Assembly (NCBI GenBank): GCA_036785375.1
Contig: JAWMAR010000033.1
Location: 7,254,001-7,318,000, forward strand
Origin: Leucoraja ocellata
Lineage: Eukaryota
Reading direction: 5' to 3'
Length of the DNA stretch: 64,000 bases
Shown here: piece by piece, positions 25,201 to 35,800 of the stretch
How positions within the stretch are numbered: the first letter of the stretch is position 1
How the letters are laid out: the number at the start of each line of letters is the position of its first letter
Notes under the pieces: model-generated
Database searches by the model: none
What the model was told of the DNA's origin: nothing
Seen by the model: the letters and a program-made list of their open reading frames with translations, nothing else
Translations under genes and position numbers: made by a program

Positions 25201-26991
25201 ATATCGGCGAGACCGAGCGCAGGCTCGGCGATCGTTTCGCTGAACAACTCCGCTCAGTCTGCCTAGGCCTACCCGATCTCCCGGTTGCCAAACACTTTAA
25301 TTCCCCCTCCCATTCCCACACTGACCTTTCTATCTGCGCCTCCTCCATTGGCAGAGTAAGGCAAATTGGATGAACAGCATATTTCACTTTGGCAGCTTAC
25401 AAAGACCTGAGTTAGTTACAACCCAGCAGTATGAATATCGATTTCTCTAACTTCAAGTGACCCTTGCTTTTCCTCTCTCTGCCCTTCCCCCATCCTAGTT
25501 CTCCAACTAGTTTCACTGTCCTCCTGATTAATTTTGCTGATTGTATGCCTCCTTGTCAGTCAGCTCAGGTAACAATGTTTCATTGTCACATTGAATGGGT
25601 AGTGTTCGAGTTGAGACCCTTCTTCATACTGCTGTGTAATAATCTGCAGAGATGCTGCCTGACCCGCTGAATTACTCCAGTATTTTATGTCTATCTTCGG
25701 TGAAACCAGTGTCTGCAAGGACGGTTCCACACAACATCTTTGATCGTCATCTCTCATGGTGTCTCGTTTTCACATCTTACCCTTCCCCAGTGTCTCCCTC
25801 TCCCCTGACTCTCAATCTGAAGAAGGGTTTTGACCCAAAACATCACTTATTCCTTCTCTCCAGAGATGCTGCCTGTCCCGCTGAGTTACTCCAGCATTTT
25901 GTGTCTGTCGGTGGATAGGTGATGTTTCGGGTCTGGTCAGAAAAAGGGATCGGACCCAAAACTTATCCACGTTCTCCAGAGATGTTGTCTGACTCGCTGA
26001 GTAACTCGAGCACTTTGTGTCCCTTTGAACCGAGTGTTATCCAAGCCTCAGCCCAGGGCTCCAAGCAGCCATTTGACACTGTGGGTAGGAAGGAACTGCA
26101 GATGCTGGTTTAAACTGAGGATAGACACAAAAAGCTGGAGTAACTCAGCGGGTCAGGCAGCATCTGTGGATAAAAATAGGTGAAGTTTTGGGCCGGAACC
26201 CTTCTTTAGATTTGAGAGTCAGGGGAAAGGGAAACTAGAGATATAGATGGGTAAGGTGTGAAAAGGACAGATCAAAGCAAACGTTGATCCAGGCAATGTA
26301 GAATGGTTCATTGTTGGCTGAGGGGAAGTTGACAACGAGGTTTCTTGGTTCTCCAAAAGGAATTTAAACTGGAGGCATACAGAAAGTAAAATTAATCAGG
26401 ATGACAGTGGAACTAGTCAGAAAACTAGGGTGTAAAGGGGCAAAGAGAGGGAAAGCAAGGGTTACTTGAAGTTAGAGAAATCAATGTTCATACCGAAGAT
26501 AGACACAAAATGCTGGAGTAACTCAGCGGGACAGGCAGCATCTCTGGGGAGAAGGAATGGGAGACGTTTTGGGTCGAGACCCTTCTTCAGACCGTTGGGT
26601 TGTAAGCTGCAGAGATGCTGTCTGACCCGCTGAGTAATTCCAGCATGTTTTGTTTGTGTCCCTTTGAACCAAGTGTTATCCGAGCCTCAGCCCGGGGCCA
26701 TTTGTCGTTGTGTGTGGGAAGAAACTGCAGATGTTGGTTTAACTTTAAACCGAGTTATATCGACATAAAAAGCCGGAATAACTCAGCCGGTCCGGCGGCA
26801 TCTGTGGAGGAGGAGTGGGTGATGTTTCGGGGGTAGAAACGCCTTCAGACTCCCAGTCTGAAGAAGGGACTTCCTTCTCTCCACAGATGCCGCCTGTCCC
26901 GCCGAGTTACTGCAGTTTATTTTTTAGTTTCCATCCTCATCCATTTGCCGTTGCTCGCTCACCTGCGAGCACCCACCGTCCGCTCATCCAT
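5813..26991 (-). CDS. CDCA2: Cell division cycle-associated protein 2 (Repo-Man), multi-exon gene, about 1308 aa
   Basis: Phase-consistent GT-AG model: 26991-26963, 23554-23473, 22530-22430, 21838-21778, 20977-20920, 19486-19136, 18457-18212, 17009-16897, 16694-16577, 16063-15822, 13017-12807, 10213-9492, 8417-8225, 7212-5813 (3927 nt, in frame). Motifs: VGARGSPETNSLI, KKKVTFGGELTPELFDKRLPSNTPLRRG, KSLYGKREYASKKPLLSPIAE, RRRSF. The 5' exons and 13017-12807 are less certain. Confidence 0.88.
8225..8417 (-). CDS. CDCA2: CDCA2 exon with PP2A-B56 docking motif
   Basis: ATKGKCKQKFKKSLYGKREYASKKPLLSPIAE; acceptor TTTGCAG, donor G|GTAAGT. Confidence 0.9.
9492..10213 (-). CDS. CDCA2: CDCA2 large internal exon
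   Basis: Lies inside the 275-aa ORF; acceptor TTTTTGAAATAG, donor ACA|GTAAGC; phase 1 to 0 fits neighbours. Confidence 0.8.
10995..11085 (-). repeat. tRNA-derived SINE 5' fragment
   Basis: Reverse strand B-box GGTTCGATCC followed by V-SINE-like sequence. Confidence 0.55.
11650..12200 (-). mobile_element. Decayed CR1-clade LINE fragments (3' tail and RT piece)
   Basis: Reverse strand reads FFEEVKVIDDDRVADV..FSKAFDQVPHGRLIQKI, typical CR1 RT 'DFSKAFD.VPH'; tail motif duplicated locally at about 11439-11490 and inverted at about 12215-12280. Confidence 0.7.
12807..13017 (-). CDS. CDCA2: CDCA2 internal exon (boundaries tentative)
   Basis: Open frame WIQAYRF...QTILE; phase 0 to 1 bridges the flanking exons; no recognisable motif. 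Confidence 0.55.
15822..16063 (-). CDS. CDCA2: CDCA2 exon encoding the PP1-binding domain (RVxF, KiR-SLiM)
   Basis: KKKVTFGGELTPELFDKRLPSNTPLRRGEMP; acceptor TATTTTAG, donor AAG|GTAAAC. Confidence 0.93.
16577..16694 (-). CDS. CDCA2: CDCA2 exon
   Basis: ESQRVSMMKSKMAAFMGTFQ resembles the Repo-Man 'ISAFQSAF' helix; phase 0 to 1. Confidence 0.8.
16897..17009 (-). CDS. CDCA2: CDCA2 exon
   Basis: RRVSSVGARGSPETNSLICYIAKQ matches the conserved CDCA2 N-terminal motif; canonical splice sites. Confidence 0.92.
17944..18077 (+). repeat. LINE 3' end with (CTTGA)n tail
   Basis: ...GCATGTGACAAATAAA CTTGACTTGACTTGACTTGA; related CATG(TG)ACAATAAA ends at about 27575, 39410, 43355(-), 49535 and 57660. Confidence 0.65.
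18212..18457 (-). CDS. CDCA2: CDCA2 exon
   Basis: Open frame, pyrimidine-rich acceptor ending CCCACAG, donor CAG|GTAGTA, phase 1 to 1. Confidence 0.7.
19136..19486 (-). CDS. CDCA2: CDCA2 exon
   Basis: 351-nt open frame; acceptor TTATTAACAG, donor AAG|GTAAAC; phase 1 to 1. Confidence 0.75.
20920..20977 (-). CDS. CDCA2: CDCA2 small exon (tentative)
   Basis: DFILQVPHPKERRARRNVP; strong donor CTG|GTAAGC, weak AAG acceptor; phase 0 to 1. Confidence 0.5.
21778..21838 (-). CDS. CDCA2: CDCA2 small exon
   Basis: (R)FEDQNFENLTLGSAKYVAEQ; GTGCAG acceptor, CAG|GTATGT donor; phase 2 to 0. Confidence 0.65.
22430..22530 (-). CDS. CDCA2: CDCA2 exon, degenerate FHA-like C-terminal half
   Basis: VNSKNLNNAAPLNGNVCDVNLMKTFITTLSESD(R); TTTCTCCAG acceptor, CAG|GTAATA donor. 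Confidence 0.65.
23473..23554 (-). CDS. CDCA2: CDCA2 exon, degenerate FHA-like core
   Basis: (R)GSKFDEITKDIDLAGEHYQLEMYENNE; poly-T acceptor, GAA|GTAAGT donor; phase 2 to 0. Confidence 0.65.
24633..25910 (+). mobile_element. Penelope-like retroelement 3' remnant (GIY-YIG endonuclease, pseudo-LTR, upstream inverted pseudo-LTR)
   Basis: 25049-25350 reads FPCNHRRCDNCP...TASNLIYCIHCSR*GLLYIGETERRLGDRFAEQLRSV..LPVAKHFNSPSHS (Cys-rich linker and GIY-YIG, with a stop); followed by the terminal repeat and preceded by an inverted copy at 24633-24785. Confidence 0.9.
25910..26915. repeat. Cluster of Penelope-type pseudo-LTR repeats in both orientations
   Basis: Multiple copies of ACACAAAATGCTGGAGTAACTCAGCGGG.CAGGCAGCATCT...GGGTCGAGACCCTTCTTCAGAC and its complement. 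Confidence 0.8.
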
Positions 26992-27345
26992 CCTTCACAG
27001 CGGGCCGTCCGTCCGCGCATCGGGCTCCCTCGGATGTAAACACGTTAAAACAGCCCACCAAAGTCCTCCGGAGAGCCGGCGGCGAGGCGACGGTCCTGTG
27101 GCAACTGGGCCCGGCGCTCATGTGCCGTCAATCGCGGTGGGGGAGGGGGCGGCAGTTGGTGGCCGCGTCACGTGGGTTCGGTTTGAATGCGGCGACGCGC
27201 GCCCTGACTGGCGCCTCCCCGTGCGCGCGCACGCCCGCCCGCTCCAACTGGCGCCTCCCCTTTGCGTGCGCGCGCCCGCCCTGACTTGCGTTTCCCCGTG
27301 CGCGCGCCCGCGCCCCTCCCCTTCCTCACCAGCCCGCATTGACAA
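26950..27345 (-). promoter_or_regulatory. CDCA2 CpG-island promoter with CHR-like element, E-box and GC/E2F-like repeats
   Basis: CpG-dense; TTTGAA at 27182-27187; CACGTG at 27169-27174; three related ~40-bp GC units at 27202-27322. Confidence 0.7.
26963..26991 (-). CDS. CDCA2: CDCA2 putative first coding exon (MDERTVGAR)
   Basis: In CpG island; Kozak AGGATGG; donor CAG|GTGAGC; phase 2 joins in frame to 23554. Confidence 0.5.
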
Positions 27346-27350
27346 ATGCA

Positions 27351-27790
27351 GTCACGGTGGCGCAGCGGTAGAATTGCTGCCTGACAGCGACGAAGACCCT
27401 GTCCCTATTACTAACCCATTATTTGTTATTTGCACTTTATCAGTTTATTTATTCATGTGTGTATATATTTATATCAATGGTATATGGACACACTTATCTG
27501 TTTTGTAGTAAATGCCTACTATGTTCTGTGGGCTGAAGCAAAGCAAGAATTTCATTGTCCTATACAGGGACACATGACAATAAACTCACTTGAACTTGAA
27601 AAGACCCGGGTTCGATCCCGGCTGTGGGTGCTGTCCATATGGAGTTTGTACGTTCTCCACCGTGTTTTGCACGGATTTTCTCTAATATCGTCGGTTTCCT
27701 CCCACACACTCCAAAACAGACAGGTTTGTAGGTTAATTGGCTTGGTAAATATTAAAAAAAATTCTCCCTAGTAGGTGTAAGATAGTGTTT
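27351..27790 (+). mobile_element. tRNA-derived V-SINE (HE1-like) interrupted by a LINE 3' fragment
   Basis: A box TGGCGCAGCGG, B box GGTTCGATCCC, V-domain GGAGTTTGTACGTTCTCC; insert 27400-27600 bounded by AAGACCC duplication. Confidence 0.8.
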
Positions 27791-27863
27791 AAATTGCGAC
27801 TTTGCATATGTCCCTCCTAAACGTATGCGACAACTAGTGATGGTGATTATACGTCAAGATACA

Positions 27864-28200
27864 GATAGATACATAGAAAATAGGTACAGGAGTAGGCCAT
27901 TCGGCCCTTCCAGCCAGCACTGCCATTCAATATGATCATGGTTGATCATCCAAAACCTGCACTCCCGTTCCTGCTTTCCCCCCCATATTCCTTTGATTCC
28001 TTTATCCCTAAGATCTAAATCTAACTCTCTTGAAAACATCCAGTGAATTGGCCTCCACTGCCTTCTGTGGCAGAGAATGCCAGAGATTCACAACTCTCTT
28101 GGTGAAAAAGTTAGTCCAAAATTGCCTACCCCTTATTCTTAAACTGTGACCCCTGGTTCTGGACTCCCCCAACATGGAGAACATTTTTCCTGCATCTACT
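27864..28200 (-). mobile_element. CR1/HER1-type LINE 3' fragment
   Basis: Reverse-strand ORF2 C-terminus-like sequence (..GESRTRGHSLRIRG.., VV.LWHSLPQKAVEA) plus the characteristic tail. Confidence 0.8.
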
Positions 28201-28204
28201 CTGT

Positions 28205-28690
28205 GGTAGAGAAAGAATGGGTGACGTTTTGAGTTAAGACCCTTCTTCTGACCGGTTAAACTGATCCCTAATCAGTCTGAAGAAGGGTCTCAACCCAAAA
28301 TGTCACCCATTCCTTCTCCACAGAGATGCTGGCTGTCCCACTGAGTTACTCCAGCTTTTTGTGCCCATCTTCGGTTTAAACCAGCATCTGCAGTTAACTT
28401 CTGACGCAGTGACTACCTACCTGATCCCCCAGTTGCTAAACACTTTATGTGTAAGGAGGAACTGTAAATACTGGTTTAAACCGAAGGTAGACACAAAAAG
28501 CTGGAGTAACTCAGCGGGACAGGCAGCATCTCTGGAGAGAAGTAATGGGTGACGTTTCGGGTCGAGACCCTTCTTCAGACTTTCAGGTCGTGAATTCTCT
28601 TTCCCATTCCCACACTGACTTTTCTATCCTAGGTCTCCTACATTGTCAAGAGTGAAGCCAAATGCAAATTGGAGGAACAGCATCTCATAT
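28205..28690. repeat. Penelope-type pseudo-LTR copies and GIY-YIG C-terminal fragment
   Basis: Inverted terminal-repeat pairs; 28600-28690 reads SHSHTDFSILGLLHCQ..KCKLEEQHLI. Confidence 0.75.
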
Positions 28691-29171
28691 GGGGCAAGGA
28701 GGGAAAGATAGATCGGCCATAATTGAATGACATTACACTGACTGTGCCCCCAACTGCTCTTTTATAACACTTTAAACCTATACCCTCTAGTTATAGACTA
28801 TTTATATCCGAACAGCAAAAGGCCATTCTGCTCCTTGAAGCTCTCCCGTATCAATTACTTTATGCACGTGATCTTTTTGTGTTATTCTAGAAAGGCATGG
28901 TCAAACTCCTGCCTTTGTTACATTGGAGTGGTCTGGACATAAAATAAACTCTGTAAGCTAAGGATAGTTACAAAAAACAATTTCCAAGGATAGATTTATT
29001 TAATAATATAGTATCGTCATTAAAGTTTATCTTATTAACATGTTATTTTGCACTTCTTTATTTTGCATTACTCATCCAATGCTAAATGTATTCACTTTAC
29101 TGGAGGCAAGGTCTATTTGATATGAGGGTGGGAAACCCTGAGATTTGATGGTATATCCCTGTAAGAAACTT

Positions 29172-29228
29172 TGTGTGTGTGAGTGAGTGAGTGAGTGAGT
29201 GAGTGAGTGCGCGCGCGTGTGTGTGTGA
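29172..29228. repeat. Compound microsatellite (GT)n(GAGT)n(GC)n in DDX56 3' UTR
   Basis: Directly visible. Confidence 0.9.
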
Positions 29229-29804
29229 GGGCAAGCACGCATATGCATGTGAGAAAGATGATGGGTCTTCCATCAATGTAGACTGTGGAGACCACCACTA
29301 CATATTGATATTGTGATGGAGAGGTTCCATTCCATGAGTAGCTTGTGGCCTGGTTGGAAATCTCTTCTCCCTCTGCCCTGGAAGCAATTCAGTCCACATA
29401 TTTCTCATGGATTCAACCTTTCTTGCCTCTAAGTTACCATATTTCTGAATCTTTGGTCACAGTGTAACTAAACCAGCCGGATTGAGTGTGAAAATCCGCA
29501 TCAAGGGAATGAAGTGAATGGGACACAGCATTGCTGCATGAATAGCAAGCATTTCTTGAAAGAGCAAATTGAGACCAAATAATATGAAAATTCCATTCAT
29601 CTTAAAAGTGTCCTCTCCCAAGTAAACGGAGAATATTTTCAGCCAGTGCCTTTGTCCTCGGTGATGCCATACACCAAAATACAGCACAGCTATTTTGGAC
29701 TACTCCAAGTAAACCAGGAGCTCAGGCTGATTTTAGGTAATGTATATAAAACAGGCCGATGCTATATCGTCAAATCCTCTCTTTCAGTTTTTGTAACCTC
29801 TTCA

Positions 29805-29876
29805 TTACTTGGCACTTTTTGTCTTTCTTTTCTTTGTGTGTGAAAAATGCTTCAACGGATTCTGTTTCTTGTAAGT
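29805..29876 (-). CDS. DDX56: DDX56 exon 14 (stop)
   Basis: [23 protein letters not shown]. Confidence 0.85.
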   Translation of the reverse strand, partial: TYKKQNPLKHFSHTKKRKTKSAK

Positions 29877-32800
29877 CTAAAAAGAAAAACACAAACTTTA
29901 TACATCCCCCCAGAACACCAATTTACATTTATAGCTACAGTAGCATAAGATCACATTTAACAACAGCCTGTAACATTCATCAACATTTGCATTTACATCA
30001 TTTGCAGATTACATGGAAGGAAGCAGAGGTGATGGTGGAAGATTGTTTTTCCATATTGGAGGCCTGTGACGAGTGGTGTGACTCAGGGTTCGGTGCTAGA
30101 CCCATTGCTATTTGTCATCTCTATCAATGATTTGATTAAGAATGTATAAGACATGATTAGTAAGTTTGCCATAAGGAACCGCAGATGCTGGAAAATCGAA
30201 GGTAGACAAAAATGCTGGGGAAATTCAGCAGTCTGAAGAAGGGTTTCGACCCGAAACGTTGCCCATTTCCTTCACTCCATAGATGCTGCCTCACCCACTG
30301 AGTTTCTCCAGCATTTTTGTCTACCTCAGGATGTTCACCAGTTGGGCGGTGGACTGAGGAATGGTTGATGGAGTTTTAGTAGAGGAGTGCAAGGGGTTTG
30401 GGGAGTGTTGTAGAGCAGATGGATCTACGAGTGCAGGTACATTATAAATAACATCACAGTTAGATATGGTGATAAGGCTTTCCATAACTCGGCCTTCATC
30501 AGTCAGTTGGAGTCCTGGTTGGCCTTTATACAAGCAAGTGGGTGCAATCCCATACCCCCTGACTCGTGCCTTTTAGACTTTTAGAAGTCAGGCAGCCATT
30601 CACAATACAAGATGCCAGCCTCTAAACTGCCATTAGATTACTTGGTAGACATAAAATGCTGGAGTAACTCAGCGGGTCAGGCAACATCTCTGGAGAGAAG
30701 GAATGGGTGATGTTTCGGGTCGAGACCCTTCTTCAGTCCCGAAACGTCACCCATTCTTTCTCTCCAGAAATTCTCTCCAGAGAAACTCACCTTGTTTCTG
30801 TTCTGTGTGCTGCTTTGCAAGTCCTTTCGTCTCCATCTCTTCTTCATGCTGATGAGGGGATTTGCGATTCTTCTCAGAGTTTGCGGGACTAGCAGTATTA
30901 AAACAAATTAATCAATAACTGGTTCAACTACTAAAATCAGAATCAGTTTTAATATTTTCTAGTTCATCATACCATGATACCAACAGAAGCAGTTCCAAAT
31001 AATGATAGTGGTTACAAGCTAGAAATTTCAAGACTCAGTGACTTCCAGTGATTTGCCCATGCAATTCAAGCAGCATTAATTAGACGAGGGAGTGCTGTAT
31101 TATGACAGCCTTTCAAATAAGACCTTAAACCAAAGCACTGAATGCTCTCTCAGGTGGACATGAGAGTGATGTCCTCAGACAGCAGGGCATGCTGGTGTCC
31201 AGGCTGACTTTTAGCCCATTCACAGTCGGAACAAGTCTCATAAACCCCCTTCACCATTTAATTTAATGGCTAACATAACTGTAACCTCAACTATACACCC
31301 CCCTTTACCCAAGGCAGCATTTCATGCAACAAAAAAACTTTTAGCTGTACCCCAGTATACGTGACATTGCCTGAACAGTCTGTGACTCATAGCGCTGTGG
31401 CCAGTAGCGCTTTGTTTACGTTCCCACGCGCTTTTTGCCTTTCAGTTACAATTTATGCTTTTGACTTCTCCATGAGAATGAATAAAATGGTCCCTTTAAA
31501 GAATTGGACTATTGACTCACTCAGGTAATCTGGTACATTTTTCATATGTGGCTTCACAATTGCAGGGTGCAGAGGTTTATCGTGTCTCAACAATTGAAAG
31601 TCTCTAGGATTATCCTCAAAGTATGTCTGTAAAAGAATACAAGGTCAGAGAAAAAAATACCATATTTTATACCATACTTTAATTCTCCACAAAAATATTT
31701 TCCTCAAGTTTATTTTTCCCGTGTCCATCTTAGAAATCTGATGCTAGTTGACTAACAATGCAACAGAGGATCTCACTGGCTGACTAACACTAACAGAGGA
31801 TCAAGATTCCACTGACTACTGGTTTCCTAACATTGTAGCAGACGATGGAGAACCCACAGTTTCTCACCTTCAATTTCTCAGAGTTGAGTAGCTCCTGTTT
31901 GATTTCTTTGAGCCGAGCTTCCTTAATCGCCTGCTTTGTAACTGAACGCATGGCATCCTAGAAAGAGATGAAAATCTTTAAACAAGACCACCCCGACCCG
32001 AGGGCATCTAAAGCATTTCCAACCCTGGGACATCTAATGCACTTCCAGACAAGGCAATATTTGTGAAATTAACTAATCATCGTAGCGTAGAATAAACACA
32101 GATTAGCTCAACAATTAGCAATATAAAAATGTCATTTTTTTTGTTGGAAAGAGAAGCTGGCTGACATCAAAAATAACTCCTGGTGTTCTTCGCAACAATG
32201 TCACAGGATCTCGCATGCCTGAGGGGAGATGAAGCCTCAATTTAATGTTGCAGACAAAAATTTAATTTTCTAAATCTCACTGTTCCCTCAGTCACATATA
32301 GTAATGTCAGCCTAGATTTTAGTGCTCAAGACTCTAGAGTGGGATTTCAAACTTCTGACTAGGAGAGGAGTGTGCTTGCTGCTGATCCCCACCCCTCAAC
32401 CACACCTCAGGACCTTTGTTGAACAAATCTGAACAAATTAAATGGAAGTACAGGTTTCACCAATATGGTAATTTCTTAATAGTATTAATACCATAATTTC
32501 TTATCATATGGATCTTCAATTAACAACTGTGCGACAAGGATAGACATCGGATGCACCACAACGGCCATCACATTTTATTCATAAGGGGACAGCTCTGACT
32601 TCACATTTGTAGAATACATTTACACTCAACAAGGAGATCTTATAAAGACAGGCCAGTAAAAAAAAATATACAACAGAAATCAGTAGGTGATCGTCATACC
32701 TTACATCTGTAGCGGAAACCCTCAATCTCTTCAATGTGGAACCGGTAGGGTTTCAAAGCACAGTCCATGTTCTCTGTTGATAAGAAATAATAAGTATTGA

Positions 32801-35800
32801 ATCTACGAGTCAACTTTGCTTAATGATCAGATGCATTCTGCTTCTGAGGTTTTTTCCTTAATGGAAGACCAGAGATTGTTCGGGGGCAGCAACAATAGTG
32901 ACATTGAGGTGTAATTCTTTGCATCATGATGCTTTGGGTTTTTGATGCTACCAAGGCAGAAGTGTAGAAAACCGTCTAATCTACTGACAAATAGCAGGAA
33001 AATCTTGCCACAATCCCTTCAATTAACTAGATACATTTCATAACACATAAAACACAGGAAACAAATACAGCTTAAGCAGCTTTTCTTCTTTAGATCTTTA
33101 CTTTGTATTTGCTTACAAATCTACTTTTTAAATGTTGATAATAACTAATTAGATTTGGTACACAAAAATGCTGGGGAAACTCAGCGGGTGCAGCAGCATC
33201 TATGGAGCGAAGGAAGTAGGAAACGTTGCCTATTTCCTTCGCTCCATAGATGCTGCTGCACCCGCTGAGTTCCTCCAGCATTTTTGTGTACCTTCGATTT
33301 TCCAGCATCTGCAGTTCCTTCTTAAATAATTAGATTTGGTTACTGGCTACCATTCAGTGTAAATTGTGGAAAAGGGGAAAAGCAGATTCTGTTGTGAATT
33401 TGGGCATGTACTTTTAATTCATAATTATTTATCTTAACAAATAAAACTGTATCACAATTACGATACAAACGGGTACTAGTTTTGAGATACTGGTTGTATG
33501 AACACAGTGTATCTCATGAGGGAATGAATTTCTGATCATCCCTTTCATCTGTATGTCAATGGGATGAGCCACAAAGTTCTGCGTGGGAAATTCTAGCCAT
33601 GTGTATACACAATGTTGCTCTGCTCCAACTAAGCCACACCCCAACCCAACAAAGTATTTTAGGCAATAACTTAGACCAGGCAGGCTAAATGTTATTTGTA
33701 TGAACCTCCAGTTAGTGCTTCTTCCACTTGATGCAGCAGTGGCAGTTCCGTGAGTGACACAAACGTCAGTGCCGTACCCTGGTTATCCACACGAGCAGTC
33801 CTGTGGGAGTAAATGGAATTTGAATTCATTACCAACCTCAGCATTCATTTTACAAAATATACTATTTTAATGGTCAAAAGCACCCAAGTATCCCATTTCA
33901 GTGACCAACGCATTGCATCTGAGCAAGCAAACAAACAAACACTGGCAGACAGTCACAAGGTTACAGATGGGAAGCGATCAGACACCAGGAGGGGGGAAAA
34001 TAGGAAGAGACTCGACGATTATAATGACATACCTTCCAACGCGATGTATGTACGAGTCCACCGTGAGTGGGAAGTCAAAATTAATTACAGTTGACACGTT
34101 CTGAAAGTCTATGCCACGAGAGACGCCATATTCGTAATCCTTCACTCTAAATGGGAGAAAAGATTAAGATTACCTGGTAATTATGAGCATGAGAGAATGT
34201 CCTATCTAAAGAGGTGCATTAAACCAAGCACTGCCTCTAGTCAGACCAAACTGATTTTCATAAATAACAACTGTGGGCCATTCAATCAAATCTCAATTGC
34301 TTACTTCAAGTTCTACACACTCCTTGGCATTGTTCTAGGTAAGGGAAAAATGAGGCAGATAATACATGGGAAACATTAATCGAAGTTCCAGGAACTAACA
34401 GCAATTACAAGATCTAGTTCTAAGAATTATGTGCTAAAGATGTTCAACCTAATGTAGCTCCAAGTGCACACCAACCTTGAGTATTGATGGAGAAAAATCT
34501 AGTGTCAAACACAATGAAATTTGGAGTCACAAAATAAATCTAGCGTTTATCAAAAACAATTTCAGGCAATCTATTCATAATGTCTTGGAAATAAATGGCG
34601 CACATGGTGGTTGTACATCCTGTTGTGTCCATTCCGAATAGAAAAAGTGGAGACAAGAACCTGCAGATGCTGGAATCTTGAACAAAACACAAACTGCAGA
34701 TGGAATTCAGCGGGTCAGGCAGCACCTGGGGAGGGAATGAGCAGACAAGGTTTCGGGTCTAATGAAAGGTTTAGATTTGAAACTTCATCTATCCATTTCA
34801 CTGCACAGATACCTCCAGCATTCCACTCCCTTACACTTAATCTGATGAAGGGTCTCGACCCGAAACGTCACCTGCTGCTTTTCTCTAGAGATGCTGTCTG
34901 ACCTGCTGAGTTACTCCAGCATTTTGTGTCTATCTCCCTCCACGGATGCTGTCTGACCTGCCGAGTTCCTCCAGCACTTTGTGTTTTGCTGAAGGGAAAT
35001 GTGCTGCTTTAACCAATCCCATTTCCCACCCATGGCACAGCAGGTCAGCACAGATTAAGTGCTCATTCAGTGCAACCAGGATCTCTGCCTCCACCATCCA
35101 GAACTGGGTAACTAAGGTTGTCCTTGCCAAACATGGAGATAAAGGAAAATAGTTTTAATCTTAGTAGTTGCCATTATCAGGGTCAATGGTAAGAGGTACA
35201 TTCAGTCAAGATACCACCACATAGGGCTACCTGAGGAGAATAGCAGACTCACCCTTGAAGAAAAGTCAAACATTAAAAAAAACTGGAATAACTATATTAA
35301 ACAAAATGTTACAAGAATGTTTGGTATACAGTTCAAAGCAAGTAACTGGGATTATGTTCTGTGGTCCATAACCTCAAGCATAATATGATTCCTCAGCATC
35401 TCACACCCTCCCTCTGCTGAGCAGACCTGCACACAGCACTCATCCTGCGACCTAATATATGTCCAGCATGACCTCCCTAATATTAACATCAGCCAATTAT
35501 GCCAAATATCTTGGATACTTCATAACCTGATTATTCATCTGTCACCCTCCTGAAAAAGTCAGAATATGCATCCCACAATCTCCCTCTACTTCTTAATCCC
35601 CCCCAACATTTACAGTACATTCTTTGGTCTTCACTCTCCTCGTCAAATTTCACGCGATTGAATGATGCACTTTTCTGCCCACCTGGCCTGTGGACTACTT
35701 TGATCAGATGCAACCCTTTGTTTCAGATCTTTAACTATTATATAAGACAGGTTTAGTGTTGTACGAGTGTAAACAAACACATGATGGTCAGTGTGGACTC

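Noticed and set aside
26945-27508. 187-aa plus-strand ORF
   Set aside because: GC-rich promoter plus SINE sequence, open only because stops are rare.
27351-27620. tRNA gene
   Set aside because: The A/B boxes belong to a tRNA-derived SINE head, continue into the V-domain and are interrupted by an insertion.
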